Below are positions 1 to 14,397 of a DNA stretch of 64,000 bases, piece by piece. The stretch comes from Eledone cirrhosa (taxonomy: Eukaryota), in assembly GCA_964016885.1 (NCBI GenBank), contig OZ024745.1:78058001-78122000 (forward strand), written 5' to 3'. The notes beneath the pieces are model-generated. The model searched no databases. It worked only from the letters and a program-made list of their open reading frames with translations, and was not told where the DNA came from. Within the stretch, counting starts at the first letter, position 1. Each line of letters starts with the position of its first letter. Both the position numbers and the translations under genes were made by a program.

Positions 1-282
1 TATGATTTATAAAGAAAAGGAAATGGGAGGGTGTGATGTTTTTCCCAGGGAAATCATATATTGGTTATTGCAGTAACACAATCAAGAAGGAAAATAACGA
101 CAATAAATACAATAACAATAACTATAACTATTTCACACACAATAAACACGCTTCATATTTTGATGAGAAAGAAAAATGAGATTTGTGGAATTAGTGGCTT
201 ACTTTAAGTGGCTTCAATATAGACTCGAAAGCGTCTTGTTGATCCGGACTTCGTGAAACTTCTGAACAGATTCTCTCTCTTA

Positions 283-435
283 CCATCCTCCGGAGAAATG
301 CCTTCTCCGTTCAGTCCTCCGGGGCCGTGAGTGGGGCGGCCAGCAGGCAGCACCCCATTTGCTCATAATAGAGAGAGATGGGGGGGGGGAGGTGATGACA
401 ATGGGAGTTCGGCTCTTCTGTGTTCGGACCTGGTG
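283..435 (+). mobile_element. Dispersed GC-rich repeat family X, copy 1 (unclassified, probably a retroelement end)
   Basis: Aligns by eye with 17455-17530, 18985-19145, 31975-32262 and 36596-36750 (ccatcctccggggaaacgcc...catttgctc...ttgtgttcggacctg). Confidence 0.7.
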
Positions 436-819
436 TGCAGCGTCAGTTGTCCGTAAGGAGGTAGTGATTCATAATTACTTATAATTAGTCTCATTTTTTC
501 CTCGGATACCAGATATCTACCAGCAGACAATGCTAATAAGAATGATGGTTAGTACTGTTATCTTCATCAAGATCACCACCAGCCCCAGCACTACCACCAC
601 CTTTCGTCTTCTTTACGTTCTGAGTTCAAAAGACGAAGGAATTAAATTTGCTTGTCATTCTTAAATACAAGCTTACATCAAATAGACTATAAGCTCCGCA
701 AAATTGGTCAACTCCTTTAATGTTCGAAATCCTTATGACCACCTACCGGTGTCTATATAATAAGTACCAGTCAACTATTAAATCTATGGCCTCGTGCCAG
801 TATTATATACCATTATTCG

Positions 820-1007
820 TGTGGATTGGCAGTATCGGTAGAGGGTCGAACGCCATGCTTTCCAGCATAGTTATGTCCCTTTACGATATGAGTTCAAATC
901 CCGCCGAGGTTGACTTTGCCTTTCATCCTTACGGGGTCGATAAAATAAAGTACCAGTAATGCACTGGTAATTGCTGGCCTTGTGCCTAAAGTAGAAACAA
1001 TTATTAT
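820..1007 (+). mobile_element. tRNA-derived SINE (short variant)
   Basis: A-box TGGCAGTATCGG, B-box GAGTTCAAATCC, body GCCTTTCATCCTTACGGGGTCGATAAAATAAAGTACC, (ATT)n tail; about 20 copies in the window. Confidence 0.9.
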
Positions 1008-2226
1008 AGAAAATACGACGCTGCGTGTATTTTTGTTCCAGCTCAGCGATTTCTTTGTAGCAGTTTGTTGGATGAAGTTTTAAAATAACATGAGGTTTGT
1101 TTAGAGAGTTCTGTTAACTACATACTCTCCAGCAAACACATCGTAGACTACTCTCTTCACGTCCACACCGGTATTTTACAGCTATATTTATTTCTGCTTC
1201 TTTTGAATGATTAATAGATCGAATTATTTCTTGAGGAAGTACATGTGATTTTCTTGTGAATATTTTCATTCTTCATATAGTAGATTTCTTCACTTTTAAA
1301 ATTAAAAACAATTATGCGCGCACACACACACATTCTCTCTTTCTTTTTTTCCCTCTCTCTCTATCTCCATCTCTATTTCGCTCCATCTCTCCTCTCCCTC
1401 TCTATCGTTCTTACACACATGTGGCAGCATGAATGAAGGAATAAATAGGTAGGAATGTACTCAGAAGTACACGCGCGCACACAAAGCCTGTATGTGTGTG
1501 AAGGGGCATAAAAGTAGCATTATATAACATTCATAAAATGGAAAGATATTAAGCGTACGTACTTTGGATGCCTTTGTATGGAAGTAATTCCTAGCCAACA
1601 TTAAACTGATAGAATTTCTATTCCTGTCATATGAGTTGCCAGATAAGTGGTTGAAAATTTAATATTTGTGGAGGCTGGGGAGTGGCGATGTGTGCTGTTT
1701 TTTTAGTAAGAATGGTGGCATGCTTTCTTGGCATGTTTTGGACGTTTTAATATTTTGCACTCATTACATGTTTCGCTATAGGCTTTCAGATGTTATGGTA
1801 GAGAAAGAGAATAAAAAATAAATACCAATGCCTTGAGCGAATTTGGCTAAATTTTCATCTGTAGACAAGCTTTCTACAAGTCCAGAAAAAAAACAAGAGA
1901 AAGAATGCTACACACATTTAAGTCGTCTGAGCACTGTGCTTCGTATATTGAGAATTCCGCACAGCTTCCTGTGTAACGTAGAAGTCTTCAATCAATAGTC
2001 ACCATAATTGAGTATACGTGTTTGTCGAGCTATATCTTATTATTCGCTCACGACGTTTCTTGTCTTTTCCAGTTCTATTATTTATACCTTCTAATCATCG
2101 TGTCTAATGTTGGCTGGCAATTTATCATATATGTTAATCTATCATAGATGAACATATAATGTAGACTACCATGTATATCACATTTTTATCTATCTATTAA
2201 CCACCTATCTCGCAATCTTTCTCCCC

Positions 2227-2307
<81 letters not shown>

Positions 2308-4139
2308 CACATGTTTTTTCTGTGTAATTTTCACGGTTCATGCAACAATCGCTGTCTCGAAGATGATAATTAATTATTGAGTACATGACGGCATGTTTGG
2401 ATCTTTGGATTAATCAGTTCTCATTGTTGCATCTACATATTTGGCTGTATTGATAGAATGATGTTTATTCAACTTTCTATATTCCATTTTCTATTGACAC
2501 ATCGTTTGCAAGAGCAAACTGGCAAAAATATTTCGAAACTGTGATTTCGTTTGTTGTAATGAAACACTAAATATATATTGAGGTATGCATATGAAGCTGT
2601 TGATAGCTTATTTCTTAGTCTTTTGGTGATAAGACCAGGATGTTTCAGTCAATTGTCGACAAACAGTTCTTATCTTAAAGAAGATCTACTATTGTCTTAA
2701 AGGTAGAGCTAATATTATCTTAAAGGTAGAGCTACTATTGTGAACAAGCCTCTTTTGTTAATATTTTGAAAGAGAATGATGTAACTGAAACTTACATCAG
2801 TACTCGAATACAGAATTGATGAGACGGTGCCTAGATCACTTTTTCTGCTTCGTATTAGTAGAGGGAGCTTACAACTGGACTCTAATACCAACATTGAGCA
2901 TGCAAATCGTATAGAATTTGTAACGTATGAATGTGAATTACTACATTTTTGGCAGCCATTAGATCTAACGAATTTCAGTGAGAACTATATTGTTCCCTAC
3001 TACTGGTGATGCTGATTCTATGAATATTGAAATTATCAACACACTTGGCCTAGAAATAATCACTTATAAAATTACTGATAATGATTATTCAATAGCTAAA
3101 ATTTAAGTTGTGTGCCCTCCTTCCTGTGTTTTAATGCTCCTTGCATTTTAGTGGAACAAGAACTCGAATTTAGATAAAGGCATGATTGAAGGCCTCATTG
3201 TTACACAATAGAAAATATGTTATTGTGCCAAGAATTAGACTGAGATTTAATATAATTCTGCAAGTCACGCTTAAGCGACTACAGTTTACAATTCTAATGG
3301 CATTTACATAGACAGTCATGAAAGCTCGAAGTCAATCATTGAGTGAAATGTCACTTTTTCCCAACTAATGTGCATGCCTAATTGAATATTGTTACACCTA
3401 ACACTAAACAGAGTGCTATAGATATAGTGACGATGTCGAAAAAATAGCACCAACAATTTGTATACTTGAGTTTTAGTGTTAAAATATCTACTTAAGTTTT
3501 ATGTCGTCTGGATACTTCATTCAAATATATTTATACATACATGTGTTTTAGTACTTATTTCTTTGTTATCCTAATATAATCTTTTTAGTCATCATGATCA
3601 ACGATGACGACTGCTGCACTTGTGTGTGTCTGCACGTGCGTGTGTGTGTGCGTTCGTGCGTGTGTGTGTATGTGTATGTGTGTGTGTTAATTAATTATCT
3701 GTCTGACAGTAAGAAGATGCTACTGTGTTTCAGTAATACTGTGCTGTACGTGATTTTACTCTTCAGTATTTAGCTTGTAGAATTGCTCCTAATTAATCTA
3801 GTTATTGTTTTTGAAGGAGAGAAACAGTCGTGTAGTGGACTACATGGGGAGGAAAGGCGTCTAAGGTGGAAGGGTGAATTTAGTTCCGGATGGAGTATGG
3901 TGAAGCTGCTATTCATCTTAATAATTTTTTTTTCGACTCCATGGTTTGGTAGTACCATTTTCACGACAAAACGTCGGACACACACACAGAGGAAGGAGGG
4001 AGGGGGATATGAGATAGGGGGGGGATGGTGTGTTAATCAATTAATGTATTAATTAATAACATTAAAGTCCGTTTATTAGCAATCTGACTGTTATAAATGA
4101 ATTCGCGTGTGTATGTTCTTGTTGAAACACTCATCTTCT

Positions 4140-4767
4140 CAAGGAAGCCTGCGCAGTGCACTTTACATGTGAATGGAGTTCCACTGAAGCAGGTAGAGAA
4201 TTTCAAGTATATCGGGGCTGTGTTCACGAGTGATGGAAGGCAAGAAGCTGAATTAAGTGCAAGAGTTGCAGGAGGTGGTGCAGTAATGCGCCAGCTTCAG
4301 CATTCAATAATTAGAGGAAGGTACGTGAGTGTAAATGCCAAACTCGCTACCTTCAATTGGGTATACGTGCCAACCCTTGCCTCTGATCATCAATCTTGGG
4401 TAATAACCGAAAGAATAAGATCGCGAATACAAGCGGCCAAAATGATGTTCATCCGAAGGGTCTTTGGAGTATCATTACTCGAAAGAGTATGTAGCTCGGA
4501 GATCAGAGAGTCTCTTCAGCTAGAGCCGCTACTTCTCCGAATTGAGAGATCACAGTTTAGAATGTCTCAGGAAAGAATCACTGGGCAGATTTTACGAGCA
4601 AAACCAACCGGCGGGAGACCCAAGGGTAGACCCCGAGCAAGATGGCTAGATGACCATGAGCTTGGCTAGTCTTGCTTGGGGATCAAGCACGCTCAGTTGG
4701 AGATGGTTGTTTCTGACAGGACTCGCTGGAAGGAGTGTTTGAGGACTCTGCCCCACGACCCTTACTG

Positions 4768-4797
<30 letters not shown>
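4140..4797 (+). mobile_element. 5'-truncated RTE-clade LINE (RT C-terminus, 3' end, (TAA)n tail)
   Basis: ORF 4097-4669 has QVENFKYIG, SWVITERIRSRIQAAKM and RPKGRPRARWLD, typical of the RTE RT thumb/C-terminus; ends in TAA repeats. Confidence 0.85.
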
Positions 4798-4799
<2 letters not shown>

Positions 4800-5456
4800 T
4801 AGTAGTAGTAGTAGTGGTGGTGGTGAAGTAGTGATGGCGATTTAATCAGCTACATTTTCTCCCGTTGCAAATCTTTATTAATATGTTTCCTATACCTGTC
4901 TTCCATATCTTTCACACCATTCAAATATCTCATACCATTTTCACATCTTCCACACCAAAAGATTTTACTTTATTTTATTTTATTTTTATTTATTTTTCCC
5001 TGTTAGTTATATATGTGACTTCTTTTCACCCAGACGAATATCGTGCTAAATGAGTTAATATGAAATGAACTCTTAGTATCTCAAAAGTATGCTTGTTATT
5101 ACAGCAAATGACTACACAGTCACTAAGGATACGTTCGTTGCCACTTTTAGCTTAATATGTTTACTCTATTAATAATTCAGGGTGTGAAGAGTAACAAGTA
5201 ATTTCATTTCGTTTGTAGTGTCAAACTTCAGAATTGTAAAAGCTGAATGGTTCATTGGCATTCTAGGGTTTCTTTGTGTGTTATATATCAAACGTATCAT
5301 TATCTCACTAAACTTAATGACTCAATCTCATAGTTCGTATTCTTAAGTTTTAGCACCCACTCATGGTATCAGTGAGATCCTCGATTTTGTAGGCTAGAAT
5401 TGTGTTATTGTCGATATTTATGAAAATGGGTTATGTCGGAAAAAGATGACACCATG

Positions 5457-5515
<59 letters not shown>

Positions 5516-5684
5516 TATATTTACTTTATTGATCATTGACATTTTAAAAGCTATTGAAAAGTTTTAATCTTCTGATTCTTTAGACGGTATCCCTGAAAAG
5601 TAGCCTTCTTCCAATTGATAACACAGTCTAGTATATATATATATAGTATAGAATAATATTATAAAATTTTGTTTTAGCGACGAC

Positions 5685-5800
5685 GTGGCAAAGCCGTTAA
5701 AGGGTAGGTCAAGATGCCTCGCTGTATTTGTTCCGGCATGTTGACTTCAAATCCTGCCGAGATCAATCTCACCTTTCATCATTTCAGGGTCGATGGTAAA
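5685..5800 (+). mobile_element. Old, diverged tRNA-derived SINE
   Basis: Degenerate B-box and cctttcatcatttcagggtcgat body. Confidence 0.6.
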
Positions 5801-6023
5801 TAAGACAGTTAATTCATGGAATTGTAAGGACGACTTATAGTATTCCGACTCTGCGTTATGTATCAAATCCTGGCGTAGCTTACTTTAGAAGACGTAATCC
5901 GTCTCCTTTATTAACATCACCACCTGACTATTGCATGTGTAGCCCATTCTGTTGCAAAGATTCGAATCAGGGTACTTTTAGAAGCCTTTTATGTGTGTGC
6001 GTGCGTGTACACACACATACATC

Positions 6024-6088
<65 letters not shown>

Positions 6089-6125
6089 GCGTGTATGTAT
6101 TATGTTTGTATGTATGTAATAATGA

Positions 6126-6342
6126 TAATAGTTTCTACTTTAGGAACAAGGCCAGCAATTTTGGGGGGAGGAGAAAGTCGATTAAATCGACCCCAGTGCG
6201 TGACTGGTACTTTATTTTATCGACCCCGTAAGGATGAAAGGCAAAGTTAAACTCAGCGGAATTTGAACTCAGACCGTAAAGGGCCGTAACCCTATGCTAC
6301 AAAGCATGGCATCCGGCCCTCTACCGATACTTCCAATCCACC
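6126..6342 (-). mobile_element. tRNA-derived SINE (long variant)
   Basis: Reverse-complement match to the family, with the extra ggggtcgatttaatcgactttctcc segment. Confidence 0.9.
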
Positions 6343-7724
6343 AATAATAACAACAACTTTAGTGAGTTATTGAAAAGATTCAGCTGTCTAATATATTTTA
6401 AGCATTTTACAAGAAGTAGGTAGTGTGGTGAGAGACGCCGATGGCTGGGTTGATAGAATTTCAAACTTCCAGCCGATATTCGAAGATGATACATTACTCT
6501 AACTTCCAAATATAATTCACATGTTCCTCTATTTCTTGCTTCTACATCAACTATATATATCTCTTTCAAGGTAGTTGATTAATTGTTTGTATTTCTTGGC
6601 TCATGAGAAAACACATCATTTCAAACTTGTCTAGGTTTATTCTTTCGAGTTTTTTTTGTATTTTAACTTGCACAATTATTTGGCATTGCCTTTTTCTTTT
6701 ATCAGCATAATCCTAATTCTAGTGTTATTTTTAACAATTTAAAACAGCCTTTATGTGAATATCATTTTGTTTTATTTTTTCTTACATGATTACAAGTAAG
6801 TTTTAAACTTTAAATACTCCATAAAATAATGGTGGCGGATATTTTACTAAGGGGTGAAATAAGATAGATGGTTAAAAATATTGCCATGTCAACAGAATTT
6901 AGGCTGCTGAAAAGGGAATTAATGAAGTGTCAATTTGCGTCTGTAAGAAAACAGACACTCAGACAAAGTTTATTCAACTCGGCTATTACACTTCTATGAT
7001 CAGAAAAAAAAGATTATATAATGTTTAGCTTAGTAAGTTTATAATGGTGCTTAATTTGAAAAAACAAATCAAAAGCAAAACGCCTTTAAGGAAGCGAAAG
7101 ACAGAAAGGAAGTGAGTGACAAAAAAGTAAAAAAGAGGGATACGGGAGGAGAAAGAAAATGAAAGGGAGGAAGATGTCATCTAATTAGAGAGTGGGTCTT
7201 GTGTTCATTTCTACTCATTTATTCATTTACAAATATCTAATTTCTCACATTGCCTGCGCTTTGGTCATTTATTTTAAACGGATAACGTGTAAGTACTATT
7301 GTGTGTGAGACAGCGTGTGCGTGTGTTCGTGTGTGTGTGTGTGTGCATGCATTTGTTATGACAGTAGCGAAATGTTCTATTCGTACTCATTCAGAAGAGG
7401 AGGTTTAACGTTTGGCCTACATTCACTAGATCTCTTGACTGTAGAGATTTTTAGACCTAGAACTGAGGCCAGTGATGCATATATTTAATTACAAGGTCAA
7501 CAAGACTTTGGACCTTATCCTCTTATCTTCAGGTCATATATGACACTTAAAACTGAATATATGTTTTAACATTTTCTACTGTCGAGTGTCAACAAGAAAA
7601 CCCCTAAACATACACATAAAATAAGCCGTATCGTACATGTTTTATACCTATACACACATTTATACACATTAAAAACGCACATTTGCATACATACGCTCGA
7701 TCACATACATATAAATACATACAA

Positions 7725-7784
<60 letters not shown>

Positions 7785-7826
7785 ATTCATATATATATAT
7801 ATGTGTGTGTGTATTCATATATATAT

Positions 7827-7900
7827 ACAGGGTGTCCCAAAAAATGTATACACACTTCAACAGCATTCTAATCAAAGTGTGTATACATTCTTTTGGGACA
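7827..7900. mobile_element. Miniature Tc1/mariner-type MITE
   Basis: CAGGGTGTCCCAAAAAATGTATACAC ... GTGTATACATTCTTTTGGGACA inverted ends inside (TA)n; related copy at 51894-51990. Confidence 0.7.
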
Positions 7901-7947
7901 TATATATGTATGTATATATATATATATATATATATGGGACATATATA

Positions 7948-7999
<52 letters not shown>

Positions 8000-8295
8000 C
8001 GCTTTACACGATAGGATAACCTAGGTATAGAAGCTTAGTGTCACTAAAATAGAAATATATTCTGCCGAGAAATCTTTTTTTAGCGTTTCGAAGACTACTT
8101 CATTATTTCGACAGATCAGTGTTAAAAAGTGCTTTCCGCTCCAGTTTTGTGGACGACTATTTTTAGCTGATAAGTGTAAATTACCCTGATTTTAGACTGA
8201 GAATCCTTTTTTTTTTATTTATTAATAAAGGTTAATTGAGATCTCTCCTTAATTACTTCTTATATCTCTATATGTATATACACACACACACGCAC

Positions 8296-8385
<90 letters not shown>

Positions 8386-8554
8386 AGTTACAACAATGAC
8401 ATAGACAGGTGCTTAAGTTTCGTTGGGTTATACACCCCAACTCATTCAGCCTGTTTTATATAAAGAAAGCTATTGTAACTAATTAATTATACTTAACTTG
8501 TCCTATGTACAGAGTGCTGTTGCCCTTGGATATTTCTACCAAATATATTCTACA

Positions 8555-8591
<37 letters not shown>

Positions 8592-8789
8592 AAGAAATAC
8601 CAGTGATAATCAGCAGGCTACTGATGATGGACAGTCTTGTTTCTCGGTCTATTTTTATTCATATGTTCATATTCGCAACAACGCAGCACGCCATTTTTCA
8701 TTCATATATATATATATATATATCGTGTATTATTTTCAAGAATAGGATTGACATGCGGCGCAACCGGGTTGGAAATGGTATCTCGATGG

Positions 8790-9318
8790 GTATGTAAAAT
8801 CAGTCGGTTGGATTAGCAGACGACATAATGTTACTTAACTTGACAGAAGGTGATCTCCGGCATACACTTGATAGCTTTGATGTCAAGTGCTGCATGGCTG
8901 GAATGTAAATCAGTGCTCAAGGAAGCCTGCGCAGTACACTCTATATGTGAATTGAGCTACACTGAAGCAGGTAGAGAAGTTCAAGTATCTCGAGCATGTT
9001 CACGTGTGGAAGGCTGGAGGCTGAATTAAGTGCAGGAATTGCAGGAACTGGTGCAGTAATGCACCATCTTCAGCATTCGGTAATCATAGAAAGTGAAATA
9101 GGTGTAAAAGCCAAGTTCGCTATCTTCAATTCGGTATTCATGCCAACCCTTACCTATGGTAGTGAATCTTGTGTAATAACCGAAAAAATACGATCGCGAA
9201 TACAAGTGACTGAAATTGGGTTCCTCCGAATGGTCTTTGGAGTAACGTTACTCCATAGAGTACATAGCCCCGAGATGAGAGAATCACACCTGGTAGAGTC
9301 GTTACTTCTTCGAACATG
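8790..9318 (+). mobile_element. Decayed RTE-clade LINE fragment (same family as 4140-4797)
   Basis: LADDIMLL (YADD-like) motif near 8812; ORF 8996-9319 with MPTLTYGSESCVITEKIRSRIQ. Confidence 0.85.
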
Positions 9319-9378
9319 ATTTGAAGGAGATTCGATTATTATTTCTAGCAGATTGAACACCCAATTGGGTACTTCTTA

Positions 9379-9633
<255 letters not shown>

Positions 9634-10852
9634 AAATTTCAATTTATTATCGCAACAGAACATTTCAGAAGTTTTTTTGTTATTTTTGTATGCATATGTT
9701 TCTTGCGTGATAGTGTAGTTATCTTTCTTTCAAAAGTGAGTTCTGAAAGGAATTCTCTGCTCGAACTTTGACTCGTATCCAACATACCACGCCCCTTCTC
9801 CTCGCAGCCGATAAACAAAAATATAGCAACAGAAGGAGATACGTAGACGACCCTTACTCAGAATTGACCTACACATGACTAGCATGACACCATTATATAC
9901 CACCCTTCTTTCTCTGTGTCTTTTTCGTTCTTTTTCTCTCTCTCTCTATCTTTCCCCCTCTCTTTCTCCCTATTTTCGTCCCTAGCTTTCTGTCGATCTT
10001 TTTTTTTTTTGTTTTTTTTATTATTATTGCCTGTCTCTTTCTATTTCTCTCTTTCTCTCTGCTTATCTATTTTTATCTCTCAGTCTATCTCTTTCTTTTG
10101 CAACAATCCATCTCCCCTGCTGTGTTTTGTCTTTTTCTTAACCATTGAATTGTTTAAGTAGTAGATTATTTTTACTACTTGCCATCCTTTCTCCACACTT
10201 TTCTCTCTTATGTTTTCTTTTTTCTTTATATTTTGTCATTCAATCTCAATTACAACTTCTATATAATCTCATTAAGAAATTATACTTATCTTTCTACCTC
10301 TTCTCCTTTATTTGTCTAATATTTCTTAATTTATAACTACTATCTTTGTATTTTTAATGATTTTAAAAAAATTTATGTTTTTATGTTGTTGGTTTTATTG
10401 TTTTCTTTTTACTGTAAACTCCTGGCAGAACAAGGAGTTGATTTTGCTTCCAGGTTTCAAATTAAATGTATTATACTTATATCTGAAATGTCCAAATATC
10501 AGCAACTCCTCAGTCTCATTCCAATTAGTATACAGTTCTTGTCTTAAAATATGCTTACTAACGTCTCACCAGCATCTCGGTCCATTTCCTTTTTTCTGAT
10601 TCTCTAGCCTACATAATTGTTTGATGTTTTTAGTCTACTTTATTTGGTTCTGTTGTTTTTCTTCTACTTACTTCATTCAGACACACTTTACTTATAACAT
10701 ATGTCCTAAGTACTTTCTAGTTTTTTTTTTTGAAATTCGAGTCTATATTAAAGCTTTTGGTAAACCACAAACATAAGTAATACCAAAATCGGAAACCTCA
10801 GCGTAACATCATGGACAAATGTAAGGAAATGTTTGCCTAAATGTGCAATATA

Positions 10853-11229
10853 CAGACCTGTCAACTCTCCCCGTCCGACGGGAAGATCTCTTTAGGGTGG
10901 GTGAGAGATGTCTTCTCTTGTGAAAATGGGTATAGCTTTCATTCGGTGGATTGGCAGTATCAGTAGAGGGTCGGACGCCATGCTTTGACGTATAGAGTTA
11001 CGGCCCTTGCCATACTGAGTTCAAATCCCGCCGAGGTTGACTTTGCCTTTCATCCTTACGGGGTCGATATAAAATAAAGTACCAGTAATGTACTGGGTAA
11101 TTTGCTGGCCTTGTGTCTAAAGTAGAAACAATTATGTAAAATCTCCTCATTTCGCCTCATTTCTCCCCGTTTTCGGGCCCTTTTTTTCATGGTATTCCCC
11201 GTTTGGGTTTTTAAAGGTTGGTAGGTCTG
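10853..11229 (-). mobile_element. MITE with CAGACCTG(T/C)CAAC TIRs and 6-bp TSD (AATATA), interrupted by a SINE
   Basis: TIRs cagacctgtcaac / gttggtaggtctg; aatata on both sides; homologous to 37944-38178 and 44463-44860. Confidence 0.85.
10944..11133 (+). mobile_element. tRNA-derived SINE nested in the MITE
   Basis: A/B boxes, body and tail match the family. Confidence 0.9.
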
Positions 11230-12546
11230 AATATATGAGCGCATGTATTTATAGAGGTGAATTTTCAGTTGGCAGTGCAAAAGATAACGTGCTTTGCAAT
11301 ATTTCATGTTCATTCGAGGTGCACTTTATCCTTCAGAGGCCTTTACAATAAAGTATCTCTGAAGGTATATTTCATTGAATGTTTCTTCCCCACTAGCTGA
11401 AAATACTTATTGCATATGTTTACGCCTTGTTTTTCCCTAAGAACCCTGTATACAATATCTCAAAGTAGTTTTCTTATTAGAAATATATAGAGAGAACAGG
11501 GTTTTTGCAATAGAAATAGAAATTTCGAATGAAGTTTGAAAAATGAGATTAACATGGCGGTATGTCAAATGGCACTCAAAGGGTGCTTAGCTAATTCAAA
11601 ATACAAGTATAAAGAAAAATAACTATTTTGAACAGATGTAGTGAGTTATAGCACGCGAGATGTTGAAAGCTATTTGGGAGTCAAAGTTGATTAAAAAGGG
11701 CAAAATCTATAACACAGTTATGTTAGTTTATCTGATCTGAAAAGGATATAAAATGCTGGTGTAGTGTTCTATATTACCTGAGAAATATATATCAAATGAA
11801 AAGAGTTCACGCTGATTATTACGAATTCACACTTCTGCGGGTCTGTTTTATTATCTTAAATGAGATAACTGTATCGGTACTTCATTAAATTGTATCAGTA
11901 AAATATCTGCTTTCTGTTTCCTTTACAATTTCTAATCAGGCTCCCCTAAATATATAATTAAGTGAGTGATAACATACTGACAGTATGATAAAAAAAAATG
12001 TGTTATGATAAGTGGTGCTAAATCGAAACCATTCAATATTTGAGGTGGTATGCTTGAAACGAAAATCTTTTGATCAGACATTCAGTTAATATTTAGTATC
12101 AACTACCTTGATCTTGAGTAATACGGGTTAAGAATTTAAATTAACTGCCGTTAGTACAATGTCAGTCAAGGATCAGTCAGATAAATAGTTACTCAAATAC
12201 GTAATGACAGTCACTATCAATTATTATACTATTTTTAAAGAATACAGGTCAGGTTGTTCATTGAAGAATTTTGGGTCCTCGTTTTAATTACATATAGTGT
12301 AAAATTTAATGTAAGAAATTTCCCAGATCAAAACAAAGATGAGTCTCTTAATCTATTTAGTAAATATTAGCTTTTAAACGTTTTCATTATTTCTTTTGTC
12401 GACAATTGTTATCTGATCAGCAGTATCTAAATTAGAATCGTGACAATACTTTTCGTTTTATTATGTTTCTGCATACACTGTTTAGATTTATGAATTTATA
12501 AAAAGAATGGGGAAAATCCCCAGAGACACTTGTTATTTGAAAATGT

Positions 12547-12947
12547 AATAATTGTTTCTACTTTAGGTACAAGGCCAGCAATTTGGGGGAGGGGAAAGTC
12601 GACACCAGTGCATTACTGGTGCTTTATTTTATCGACCCCAGTAAGGATGAAAGCCAAAGCTAACCGCGGCGGGATTTGAACTCAAAACGTAAATGGCTAT
12701 AACTCTATGCTGCGAAGCATGGAGTCCGACACTCTACCGATTCTGCCAATCCAGAATGATAATAATTGTTTCTAGTTTTGGCACAAGGCCAGCAATTATC
12801 CTAGTGCTTTACTGGTACTTTATTTTATCTACCCCATAAGGATGAAAGATAAAGTTTACTTCGGTGGGATTTGAACTCAGACCGTAAAGGAATATAACTC
12901 TATGCTGGAAAGCATGGTGTCCGACCCTCCACCGATGCTGCCAATCC
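12547..12947 (-). mobile_element. Two tandem tRNA-derived SINEs (12547-12752 long-type, 12762-12947 short-type)
   Basis: Reverse-complement matches to the family. Confidence 0.88.
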
Positions 12948-12987
12948 AGAAATGATTTCTACTATAGGCACACTAAGAGTCATTTCC

Positions 12988-13040
12988 CCTGCCACTTCAG
13001 CTCCTCTTGGCTTTCTGCCAAGAGGAGCTGAAGTGGCAGG
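12988..13040. repeat. Perfect 24-bp inverted repeat with 5-nt loop
   Basis: cctgccacttcagctcctcttggc-tttct-gccaagaggagctgaagtggcagg. Confidence 0.95.
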
Positions 13041-14064
13041 AAAGGAGAAATGGAAATGGACAGTAGCATAAGCAGTAAGGCACTCCTGATTTCTGATATT
13101 TGGCCTATTCACGACTCAGCTGGAGTAAATAAATGATTACGCTCTCTTTTTGATGTACCAGGTATACGAAGAGTGAAGGGCAGTGGTCTTTAGCTGTTAG
13201 AGATCTGTAATAAGCAGATATTACACCTTACTTACTCAGCCTCTTTAGAAGTATCAATCATAGACTGGAATTCTACATAACCCTTTATAACAAGTGTACC
13301 CGGAGCTTCCGAAACCCCTCATTATTATACTTTTTCTTTTTTGTGCTTACAAATTTTATGAAATAGCAAGGTTTCTTTGCCTAATGCGGGTTCGAGATTT
13401 TTAATTTTTTTTTATCTTTCTATATTCTATCATTACGCTGTTAGGAGAGATATAATGTTAATAACATTTGCATAATCGAACTGCTTGTTAGATTTGTAGA
13501 GTAGCCATTAATTATTCAAGAATCAGTTGTATTATTCCTGTTAGCTTATGATATTCAAAATCATAACTTCTTCGTTATATATAAAACAAAACAAAGTAAA
13601 CAAGATTAAGGTTCCGTCGTAGGGTTTCTTTTATAATTGTCATTTCTGATGTCGCTGATCACAGCGTCTTTTCTGATTGAAATTTATGGCGTTATAAACA
13701 GTGGTTGACAACATCATCATAGACGCCCAGAAAATGTTGTTGCTGTTGTTCTTGTTGTTGCTGCAGTTGCTGTTTTGCTGCTTTGCTGCTCCAGCTGTTG
13801 CTTACAAACTCGGTCTGGTTTTCGTTTCCAGTCAGTTTCTACCGCCCAGATGACATTTGAAAATATTCCTAATATTTACATTGTATTGTTACTAGTGTCT
13901 GTAGTTGCTTCGTTTCTTTCAAACAACCATATACAGGATACGGTGAGAACGTTCGTCTTCAAATATACTCCAATTGCATGTATGGTCAAAGAAAATATCA
14001 AATATCTCTACTAGTGGGGGGTGGGGAAACTGATTGATAGTATCCTAACTTACATATACTATCA

Positions 14065-14252
14065 CGGTGGATTGGCAGTATCGGTAGAGGGTCGGACGCT
14101 ATGCTTTGACGTATAGAGTTACGGCCATTGCCATTTTGAGTTCGAATCCCACCGAGGTTAACTTTGCCTTTCATCCTTACGGGGTCGATAAAATAAAGTA
14201 CCAGTAATGCTGGGTAATTGCTGGCCTTGTGCCAAAAAATAGAAACAATTAT
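14065..14252 (+). mobile_element. tRNA-derived SINE
   Basis: Family match. Confidence 0.9.
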
Positions 14253-14397
14253 TTAGGATACTTAGATCTGAGTATTAAAACGGGTAAAGTAGTGGCTGTT
14301 GAAATATCTTGCGGAATTTAGTTACTTCCCTTACATTTTGAGTTCGAATCCCTACAGCTTGACATTATTATTCTTCGTTCATTATTATTCTTCGTAA

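Noticed and set aside
820-915. SINE heads as genuine tRNA genes
   Set aside because: They have A/B boxes but no full cloverleaf, and are always fused to the SINE body and tail
3897-3960. Signal-peptide-like stretch MVKLLFILIIFFSTPWFG
   Set aside because: Hydrophobicity comes from T-rich sequence; no convincing splice donor or downstream coding sequence
11550-12131. Possible piggyBac-like MITE ending GGGTTAA
   Set aside because: No matching left TIR and no second copy could be identified
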